DNA of 37,444 nucleotides from Candidatus Magasanikiibacteriota bacterium (GTDB lineage: Bacteria; Patescibacteriota; Patescibacteriia; Magasanikbacterales; UBA10146): positions 1 through 37,444 of the forward strand of contig JACRFU010000075.1 of assembly GCA_016212585.1 (NCBI GenBank), read 5' to 3'. The notes under the pieces were generated by a model that had not been told where the DNA came from, did no database searches, and saw nothing but the letters and a program-made list of their open reading frames with translations. Numbering within the stretch: the first letter of the stretch is position 1; each line of letters begins with the position of its first letter. Position numbers and translations under genes: made by a program. Shown one piece after another: positions 28,321 through 35,853 of this stretch.

Positions 28321-28710
28321 TTATGTGGTAGCGCTCACCAAACTATTAATAACAAACTTGGCGATGGCGTACGCGGACAATATAATCGCCAAACCAATCA
28401 CGCCGGCGATAATGCGCTTTTTTGCTTCTCCTGTTTTATCTTCATTGCCTCCGGCAGTCATCCACTCAAAACCGCCAATCAGGATGATGACAACGGCCAC
28501 AATGCCGAGCAAACCCAATGCCACGTTGATGATGTTCCCAACGGTAACGCGAATGTCTTTTTGCCCCAAGCCGGTATACACGCCATAATTGACACCCAAC
28601 GCGTCTCCTTGAGAAATTGGCGGCGGCACAGGGTCAGCAAACACAGGAGCCGCCATCAAAAGCGTTAAAGCTCCTGTGGCAAACGCTGCTGCAATTTTTT
28701 TTGTATTCAT
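28321..28710 (-). CDS. CPR-type pilin-like protein, close paralog of the downstream gene
   Basis: C-terminal ~80 aa differ from 27844-28272 at only five residues. Confidence 0.87.
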   Translation of the reverse strand: MNTKKIAAAFATGALTLLMAAPVFADPVPPPISQGDALGVNYGVYTGLGQKDIRVTVGNIINVALGLLGIVAVVIILIGGFEWMTAGGNEDKTGEAKKRIIAGVIGLAIILSAYAIAKFVINSLVSATT

Positions 28711-28747
28711 AAAGAATTTAAATTAAGTAATAAATTTCTAAAATGTT

Positions 28748-29170
28748 TTATAACTTTCCCCCAAGCGCGTCAAAAACAAACTTAAGCAAAATATAACTAG
28801 TCAAAATTACGATAATGCCTATGCCTGACCACATAAACACATCTCTTCCTTTCTTTATTTTATCAGGACTGCCTCCAGAGGTCAACCACAAAAAACCGCC
28901 ATACACAAACATAATAAGCGCGATGGAGCCAATTATCCCCAGCACCGGCTTGATCACCCGCTCCCCCACAATGACAAATATGTCCGTTGTGCCCAATGGA
29001 TTGTCCAAATCAACAGTTGCCTGTCCGGCGGCGCGCGCAAAATGCACTGCGCCAACTATGCCTAAAAACAAAGCGCATAACCCAGCGCAGAGAATAAATT
29101 TTCTTTGCAGTACGAAATAATTTTTTGAGGCAATCGTGCTGTTTTGTAAATTCTTGGAGTGCATTTTCAT
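28748..29170 (-). CDS. CPR-type pilin-like protein with repeat-derived N-terminus
   Basis: LDNPLG..., YGGFLWLTSGGSPDKIKKGR; first codons lie inside a family B half-element. Confidence 0.82.
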   Translation of the reverse strand: MKMHSKNLQNSTIASKNYFVLQRKFILCAGLCALFLGIVGAVHFARAAGQATVDLDNPLGTTDIFVIVGERVIKPVLGIIGSIALIMFVYGGFLWLTSGGSPDKIKKGRDVFMWSGIGIIVILTSYILLKFVFDALGGKL

Positions 29171-29188
29171 AAGGTGATGTCCATAGGC
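29115..29188 (+). repeat. Half copy (right arm) of palindromic element family B
   Basis: 29145-29188 matches 1603-1646 at 41 of 44 bases; gapped similarity continues to ~29115. Confidence 0.88.
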
Positions 29189-29194
29189 TTCATA

Positions 29195-29842
29195 TTATTG
29201 CAATGCTGAAAAAACAAATTGCACCAGTATATAGCTGGCAAAAATTACCACAAGCCCCAACACTGTCCAGAGCATTATCTTTGCGGACGAACGCGTGCGT
29301 TCTTCATTGCCTGCCGCGGTCATCCACATTATACCGGCGTAGATGAGCAACACGAGCGCGATTGAACCCACCACAGAGAGTGCGGACTTAATTATTGTGC
29401 CAATAAACCCTTGTACCGAATAATTGCCTAATGGATCAAACAACGCGCCAATTTTAAAAGTCCCGCCCCCCACAGGCTTAAAGCTTGGAGGAGTACCTAT
29501 TTTCCCTAAAGTGCCCGCACCTCCTCCTGTTTTTTTCTTTGCACTGGTGCTTTTGCATTCTGAATATAAACTGCATTTACTGTTTGCCTTACTGTCAAAA
29601 TTTTCTTCCCCTCCAAGCGCGTCCGCACACTTGGCATCAACCTCCGTCTTATTATCATAATTTGCCTTTATTTCCGCGCACGCAATTTCTCCTTGCTTGG
29701 ATTTTGGAGGGAAACAACAAATTGTCTCTTGTTTGTTTTCACTCTTATTTTCAGCAAGCACAGAAAACGGTGATATTAAAGACAATACTGAAACAACAAA
29801 AATGAGTGAGATCGTGTTAAAAAAATGTTTATTAATCCGCAT
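29195..29842 (-). CDS. CPR-type pilin-like protein with six-Cys N-terminal domain
   Basis: ICCF...C...C...CSLYSEC; YAGIMWMTAAGNEER. Confidence 0.85.
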   Translation of the reverse strand: MRINKHFFNTISLIFVVSVLSLISPFSVLAENKSENKQETICCFPPKSKQGEIACAEIKANYDNKTEVDAKCADALGGEENFDSKANSKCSLYSECKSTSAKKKTGGGAGTLGKIGTPPSFKPVGGGTFKIGALFDPLGNYSVQGFIGTIIKSALSVVGSIALVLLIYAGIMWMTAAGNEERTRSSAKIMLWTVLGLVVIFASYILVQFVFSALQ

Positions 29843-29845
29843 ACT

Positions 29846-30391
29846 CTATTTTTTATCTGTTGAATCCGGCAATTTAACCTCCAAAAGATTATTTTGATTT
29901 TGGTTTTGCGCGGGGACCAAACCTTGAATGACAAACCGCACCAACATCTGTGCGCCAAAGGTAATGAGAAGACCAATGACCGCTCCCAAAATAGCGTCCC
30001 GCCCTTTTTTGACCATTTCCGGACTGCCCGCGGAAATAAGGAGCAAGACTCCGCCATAAATAAAGAAAAGAAACGCCGCGGCGCCGATGATAGCAAATGT
30101 GGCGTTTGAATAATTTACAAAAAGCGCAAGAAACGCGCCAACGTCGCGGCATCCGCCTCCCGGCGTGCCTTCACTGTCCGCGCATTTTGGAATGAATAAA
30201 CTTTTTCCCGGACCGCCTTCCGGACTTCCCAAATTAGTTGGCGCGCCAAAAACCGCAGGTTTTGACGCAGAGGTCGCCTGAACTAAAATAACAGCTAAAG
30301 CATCATTTGCGGAAAATAAAAAAACTCCACCCAAAACAAAATTCAACACAACACTCGCCATGAAAACAAATTGTTTTATTGTATCCCTCAT
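29846..30391 (-). CDS. CPR-type pilin-like protein
   Basis: IPKC...GC; YGGVLLLISAGSPEMVKKGRDAILGAVIGL. Confidence 0.85.
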   Translation of the reverse strand: MRDTIKQFVFMASVVLNFVLGGVFLFSANDALAVILVQATSASKPAVFGAPTNLGSPEGGPGKSLFIPKCADSEGTPGGGCRDVGAFLALFVNYSNATFAIIGAAAFLFFIYGGVLLLISAGSPEMVKKGRDAILGAVIGLLITFGAQMLVRFVIQGLVPAQNQNQNNLLEVKLPDSTDKK

Positions 30392-30406
30392 AATCCCACA
30401 TTTTTA

Positions 30407-30567
30407 GGGTCTGTCGCCAAATGCGCTTTTGCAGTGAAATGCGCAGATTTCGAGACAAAATTGTTGAATAAATTTTGAGGTTTAATTGCAAATTAAGCTG
30501 AAAAATTTTGAAATAATTTTGTCCGAAAGATGCGCATTGCAACCAAAATGGCATTCGGCGACAGACC
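30407..30567 (+). repeat. Palindromic element family A, copy 3
   Basis: Terminal stem GGTCTGTCGCC/GGCGACAGACC and shared core; fills nearly the whole intergenic gap. Confidence 0.94.
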
Positions 30568-30570
30568 ATT

Positions 30571-31965
30571 TTAAGGCCCAATTGTTTGCCCTACGCGCGC
30601 GGCAGCCTGCTGGAGCGCTTTTTTATATGCGTCCGGGTCGTTCAATGCCGCTTCGCTGGTTACTCCATCTATCATCTGCAAAAACGCTGTGTCCGCGGCG
30701 GCCGCGTCTCGCCCCTTATACCAACTCTTGGCGGTCAACGCGCTCTCTGCAAACGGGCCAATGACCGCGTCGTCTTTTTGCCCAGCCACCAGCGCGCGCA
30801 ACGCGGACGGCTTTTTTGTTTTGTTCAAGTAACTTTGCACCTGTTTTTCTTGCGCGGCAAATTGTATAAAATCCCACGCCTCATTTTGATGCGCGCTTTT
30901 CTTTGCAACGGTCTCAACCCAATAACTTGCAAAATTCACCGGAACATCAGGATTCAACTGTGGCAAAGGCGTTACTGAATAATTCAATTTTGGCGCGCGC
31001 GCCTCAACCTGCGGGATATTATATGAATAGCCAAAATAAAATCCTGCTACACCGCGCGTAAACGCGTCCAGAGAATTAGGCATGGTTTTATTCCATGTAT
31101 AGCCTTTCTTTGTTGTGTTTGCAAAATCGGTGTAAAAACGCAATGCCTGCTCGCCCGGGCCAACCTCTTGAGTGTAGCCTTGAGGAATCGCTTGAAATTC
31201 CGGTGTGCCGTCGTCAAGTGCCATTGTGGCGCCGCCCTGCATCATTAAAACAGACAAAATATCCGCCGCACGCGCCACATTGGCACTCCCGCCTATTGCC
31301 GATCCCGCTTGCACCACCTTATTATCCGTATTGACTTTAGCCATTGAAATAACATTATCCAAAAATTGATCCCATGTTTTGGGCGGCGTGCCAATGCCGG
31401 CTTTGTCCAGCATATCTTTGTTGTAAAAAAGCGCGAGCGTATCCACCGCAAATGGCAATCCCCAAATTTTTTCTTCACTTGTTGCGGCGTCTCTGCGCAC
31501 CACATCCCCTGCCACAACGCCAACAAAATTATCTTTTATTTGTTTAATTGTTGGAGACGGAATCGTTTTGGTGGTTACCACCAACTGTTTGCTGATGGTC
31601 CCCTCTATGCTCTGGAAAGTTGATTTAACAGAAGCGGGCATAGGCGCGATTTTGCTCTGATACTTGCCAACCCATGTATTTTGAATTGAAAATAAATCTG
31701 GTCCGCGGTCTTCCGCGAGCGCGTTGATGAGTTCTTTTTCAAATTCGTCCGGCAAAAGTTTTCTGTAGGTAATTTTTATATGCGGGTGCAGTTGTTGATA
31801 CGCGCCAATAATTTCCGCCATGCTGTCTGAATCGTCAAACACGCGCCAATAGTTAAGCTCCACCGGCTTAATAGCGTCTTGTTGTGCTTGCGACAAACCT
31901 TTACACCCCAACCCTGAAGTGAGTAAAAAAACCGTGAGAAAAGAAAAAATAAATATACGCCGCAT
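30571..31965 (-). CDS. Extracellular solute-binding lipoprotein (family 1, sugar-type)
   Basis: Lipobox-like SGLGC; GPDLFSI, GLPFAVDTLALFYNKDML, PPKTWDQF, AWDFIQF; start moved to ATG 31965. Confidence 0.88.
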   Translation of the reverse strand: MRRIFIFSFLTVFLLTSGLGCKGLSQAQQDAIKPVELNYWRVFDDSDSMAEIIGAYQQLHPHIKITYRKLLPDEFEKELINALAEDRGPDLFSIQNTWVGKYQSKIAPMPASVKSTFQSIEGTISKQLVVTTKTIPSPTIKQIKDNFVGVVAGDVVRRDAATSEEKIWGLPFAVDTLALFYNKDMLDKAGIGTPPKTWDQFLDNVISMAKVNTDNKVVQAGSAIGGSANVARAADILSVLMMQGGATMALDDGTPEFQAIPQGYTQEVGPGEQALRFYTDFANTTKKGYTWNKTMPNSLDAFTRGVAGFYFGYSYNIPQVEARAPKLNYSVTPLPQLNPDVPVNFASYWVETVAKKSAHQNEAWDFIQFAAQEKQVQSYLNKTKKPSALRALVAGQKDDAVIGPFAESALTAKSWYKGRDAAAADTAFLQMIDGVTSEAALNDPDAYKKALQQAAARVGQTIGP

Positions 31966-31966
31966 A

Positions 31967-32860
31967 TTATATTTTAAGTGAGCGTAGATAATCTTTGATG
32001 CCTTTTGATAAATCCGGATGGCGGAGCGCAAAATCAACCTGCGCTTTGATGTACTCCAATTTATTGCCGGTATCATAATATCGTCCATTTTGTATCTCCG
32101 CCGCGTACATTGGATAGCCGGATTTCATGAGTTGCGTAATCGCATCTACAAGCCAGATCTCTCCGCCCCTGCCCGGCGCGAGCTCTTGCAAATAAGGAAA
32201 AATCTTGCCGGGCAAAATATACGCGCCATGAGCCGCTAGATTTGATGGTGCGTCTTTGGGGTCTGGTTTCTCCATAATTGATTTGATGCAAAACACGCTC
32301 TGTTCTCCTTTTATTTTTTCCACATCCGCAATACCGTAACGCGCGACATCTTCACGATTTTTGATCCGCACCGCTGAAATAACTCCTCCGCCATATTTTT
32401 CATAGACTTTCATCATCTGCGAAAGGCGCCCTGGTTCCGCGTAAATAAGTTCGTCGCCCCAGAGCACTACAAAATCTTCACTCTTGTCTATAAGATGCCG
32501 CGCGCAATACACCGGCGTGCCGTTGCCATAAGGGCCTTTTTGGCGCACATACACAAAATTTGCCATTTCTGCGATGCGCTGGACTTCTCGCAACTGTTTT
32601 ATCTTGTCGTCTGCTTTAAGCCGCGCCTCCAGCTCAAACGAATGATCAAAATGATCTTCTATAGAGCGCTTATTGTAGCCCGTTATGATAATTATGTCCG
32701 TAATCCCGGCCTCCACCGCCTCTTCCACCACATACTGAATAATTGGCTTATCTATAAGAGGAAGCATTTCTTTCGGCATTGCTTTGGTGGCAGGCAAAAA
32801 GCGCGTGCCCAAACCCGCCGCGGGTATAATTGCTTTGGTTATTTTTCTTTTTTCCGCCAT
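31967..32860 (-). CDS. galU: UTP--glucose-1-phosphate uridylyltransferase
   Basis: KAIIPAAGLGTRFLPATKAMPKEMLP, EKP, GEIWLVDAI, YDTG; likely start ATG 32860 (MAEKRK). Confidence 0.93.
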   Translation of the reverse strand: MAEKRKITKAIIPAAGLGTRFLPATKAMPKEMLPLIDKPIIQYVVEEAVEAGITDIIIITGYNKRSIEDHFDHSFELEARLKADDKIKQLREVQRIAEMANFVYVRQKGPYGNGTPVYCARHLIDKSEDFVVLWGDELIYAEPGRLSQMMKVYEKYGGGVISAVRIKNREDVARYGIADVEKIKGEQSVFCIKSIMEKPDPKDAPSNLAAHGAYILPGKIFPYLQELAPGRGGEIWLVDAITQLMKSGYPMYAAEIQNGRYYDTGNKLEYIKAQVDFALRHPDLSKGIKDYLRSLKI

Positions 32861-33023
32861 AAGACTTGTCCCTAAATACGATTTCGTTACGAAATTGCCA
32901 AATTTTGAGGCAAAATTGTTGAATAAATTTTGAGGTTTAACAGTGATTAAGCTGAAAAATTTTGAAATGATTTTGACCAAAATTTGGCAATTGCAGTAGA
33001 AATGGTATTTTGGGACAAATCTT
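32861..33023 (+). repeat. Palindromic element family A, copy 4
   Basis: Terminal stem AAGACTTGTCCC/GGGACAAATCTT and shared core; directly abuts the galU start codon. Confidence 0.94.
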
Positions 33024-33040
33024 TAGATTGTATTGTGGAT

Positions 33041-33049
33041 AGTATAGCA
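33041..33049 (-). promoter_or_regulatory. Putative extended -10 promoter upstream of the element and galU
   Basis: Minus strand TGCTATACT (TGn-TATACT); no clear -35. Confidence 0.45.
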
Positions 33050-33109
33050 CAACTTGAGGCACGAACGCCACTCACATGCTCACGTGTATTGCCCCAAAAC
33101 ATAAAAAAA

Positions 33110-34327
33110 TTAAAGCAAAGGGATAAACAAACTAGCATCCTGATCTTCCGTGGTTGCGTAAAAATATATGCAAAAAACTGAAAAATCTTTATAGTTCTCT
33201 TTAAAAACGCGAGAAATACGACACTTGTTTTGGTTCAATTTTACTTCCATGGCCACGTGGTTTCCCTCCCCGATATCTAAAATAAAATCCACTTCATTTT
33301 GATTTTTATCACGCCAATATTGGGGCAAAAAATTATTTTTAACAAATTGCGTATAACATCCGTTTTTAAGCAAAAAACCCTTATCTTGGTCATCGCGCTT
33401 ATGTAAAGTTTGAAAGTTATTCACCATATGATTTCTCAAACCTGTGTCAAAAAAATACACTTTTTGATTTTTTACAATCTCTTTTCTTTTATTTTTATAA
33501 AAAGGGCGCGAAAAGCCTGTTATATATGTTTTATTAAGAAAATTAAGATATTTTTTCAATGTATGATATGAAAATTCGGAAATCTCAGTCAATTCTTTAT
33601 ACTCAATCATATTGCCGATTTGCAAAGCAAGTGCCCTAATTAATTTGCCCAATTTGTAATCATCTACCAATCCCAAAATATCTTTTACATCTCTTAAAAA
33701 ATAGGTATTGTAAATATTTTTCAAGACCGCTCTTTTTTCTTCCTCGGTTTTTGATAACACGACAGCGGGGTACCCTCCCCAGATAAGATACTCCTCAAAA
33801 TATTTGTTCAAAGTTTCACGTTGTTTTTTTGTTATCAAAGGAACACTAATGCGTTTTAAATCAATTTTATTTTTTTCATAAAACGTGTAATACGCGCGAT
33901 CGCGGGAGAGAAGATATTCACCAAAATCAAAGGGAAATATTTCCAAGACAAACACCCTACCCACCAAATACTTTGCCGCCTTAAGAGTGAGATCCAGAGC
34001 AGATGACCCTGAAATGATTATCTTCGTATGATGCGTATCATACACATACTTCAAAAGTTTGCCTCCGTTTTTCGCGTATTGAAATTCATCAATAAAAACA
34101 TAGTCCTTGCCCGCAATATAGGTACTGATAAATGCTTTTATATTATTTTCAAAAAGGTTGAGAACTTCTTGATCTTCAAATGTCAAAAAAACGTCATTTT
34201 TTAGATCGCCAAAAATTCTTTTAATAGTGGTTGTTTTCCCGCATTGACGCGGTCCAATAAGCGCAATTATCTCCGGTCTTTTTAGATACTTGAGAATTTC
34301 ATCCTCAATTTTTCGCTTAATATACAT
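33110..34327 (-). CDS. AAA+ ATPase (AAA_14) with DUF4143-type C-terminal domain
   Basis: GPRQCGKTT, FIDEFQ, ISGSS, YLIWGGYP, YFFDTGL, YWRD..EVDF..EVK. Confidence 0.88.
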   Translation of the reverse strand: MYIKRKIEDEILKYLKRPEIIALIGPRQCGKTTTIKRIFGDLKNDVFLTFEDQEVLNLFENNIKAFISTYIAGKDYVFIDEFQYAKNGGKLLKYVYDTHHTKIIISGSSALDLTLKAAKYLVGRVFVLEIFPFDFGEYLLSRDRAYYTFYEKNKIDLKRISVPLITKKQRETLNKYFEEYLIWGGYPAVVLSKTEEEKRAVLKNIYNTYFLRDVKDILGLVDDYKLGKLIRALALQIGNMIEYKELTEISEFSYHTLKKYLNFLNKTYITGFSRPFYKNKRKEIVKNQKVYFFDTGLRNHMVNNFQTLHKRDDQDKGFLLKNGCYTQFVKNNFLPQYWRDKNQNEVDFILDIGEGNHVAMEVKLNQNKCRISRVFKENYKDFSVFCIYFYATTEDQDASLFIPLL

Positions 34328-34417
34328 ACAAAATCAAAGGTTACTCTAAAATTTAACTATACATCAATTATAGCGTAAATCAATTTTACCTACAAGACCC
34401 CTCCCCGTTAGACCCTA

Positions 34418-35842
34418 TCACGAGGGAAAGTCGCTTGGTTTGGCTCCGGTATTAAAGGGGCACTGCGCGTCGTTCTTGGGACTGGTCAAATTTTCAACTC
34501 CCATACTGCGCATTGTCTGTACGGTCTTGACCCCGTTGCCGTAGCTTGCGGCATGAAAAATCTCCGGATGAGCTTCCCACGCTTTTGTATCGCACCCATA
34601 ATTTTTAATCGCCTTGCGCAAAGCCCCGGGACCGCTTCCGTTATTAAACAACAACATGTGGAGCTTGTCATTGGCTCCCGCGCTCCCGCACATGCCGTTG
34701 ATGGTATTCAACGCCATTTTAAAATGCCCTTGTGTCACAATCGCGGTACTGACCGCTGGATTAGTGAGCCCGGGATTTACACAATATTCATCCCATCCAA
34801 CTTTCTTCAACACTTTATCACAATAGCCTTTCAACACCTGAAAAAGTCCTGTGGCTGATCCTTTTGTATTTTTTGCCGCTGGGTTCAACCGCGACTCATG
34901 AAACGCGAGTACCTTGTACACGCGCCAATCCATGCCGATGCACCCGGCAAATTTCTGAAACAAAGCATCGTAGGTGGTATTACTTAATGCTTTGGGAGTA
35001 CCTGTAGGCTCCCCACGATCGGGGAACTCCGCGTCTTCAAGCGAGACATTTTCAACAACAGGAATACGCAATGACTGAAACCTCACCAAATCCGGATTGA
35101 TGATATACAAGACTAAATACGAACCAATCACCAAGACCAATCCAACCAAAGCCCCCTTAATGCGCTCAAGAGCGCTGGATCTTTGTGCTGAATTGCCGCC
35201 AGATATAATCCACTGAAATCCGCCGACCATAATCATCACCGCGGAAATGACTCCCGCAATGGAAATTAAAAAACGATACAGCGCCGCCAGATATTCTGCC
35301 AGATACGAAACATATACAACGCCGCCGCCTGCCTCCTCTTGCTGTGGTTGGGGTGAGGAGAAACCTTTGAATCCAGGAATGTTGATTGCCAGTGAAGGGG
35401 CTACAGGTTTCCATTCAATTTTTTTTGTGATACCGCCCTCACCATCCGGTTTAGAGCCTTCGGGGGTTTTCCACACACACTGCTCCGTTGAAAAATTATT
35501 TTTAATAAGATAATTGGAAAACGCGGAACAATCATCTTGAGAAGGAGTAAGCCGATTAGTATCTAAACCAAGACCACTTTGCAATTTGCAGGTGCACGGG
35601 CTCCATGTGTCAGATTTATTTATTTCAACGCACGAACTAAAAATTTTTTCCGTATTTCCTTTGAGATTTGTCAACTGCGCGCCGGGTAATTCACTATTGC
35701 AACCAAGAGATGCTACTTTGACATTTACGCTTATACCATCTGAAAGTGTGCATTGGCAGTAGCCAAAATCAGCCTGCACGGAAAGTGGCAAAAAAGTTAT
35801 AAGTATAAAAAATGGCAAAACAAATTTGAAACCGTGTAGCAT
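34418..35842 (-). CDS. Pilin-domain protein fused to a lytic transglycosylase (SLT) domain
   Basis: Signal peptide, Cys-rich region, GGFQWIISGGN...IINPDL pilin hairpin, then HESRLNPAA...SATGLFQ. Confidence 0.8.
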   Translation of the reverse strand: MLHGFKFVLPFFILITFLPLSVQADFGYCQCTLSDGISVNVKVASLGCNSELPGAQLTNLKGNTEKIFSSCVEINKSDTWSPCTCKLQSGLGLDTNRLTPSQDDCSAFSNYLIKNNFSTEQCVWKTPEGSKPDGEGGITKKIEWKPVAPSLAINIPGFKGFSSPQPQQEEAGGGVVYVSYLAEYLAALYRFLISIAGVISAVMIMVGGFQWIISGGNSAQRSSALERIKGALVGLVLVIGSYLVLYIINPDLVRFQSLRIPVVENVSLEDAEFPDRGEPTGTPKALSNTTYDALFQKFAGCIGMDWRVYKVLAFHESRLNPAAKNTKGSATGLFQVLKGYCDKVLKKVGWDEYCVNPGLTNPAVSTAIVTQGHFKMALNTINGMCGSAGANDKLHMLLFNNGSGPGALRKAIKNYGCDTKAWEAHPEIFHAASYGNGVKTVQTMRSMGVENLTSPKNDAQCPFNTGAKPSDFPS

Positions 35843-35853
35843 AACTATTTTGC

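Noticed and set aside
27851..28588. Two similar + strand ORFs (27851-28294, 28325-28588)
   Set aside because: Antisense shadows of the duplicated pilin genes
25195..30391. Diversity-generating retroelement acting on pilins
   Set aside because: No reverse transcriptase, no non-coding template copy, and differences are not adenine specific
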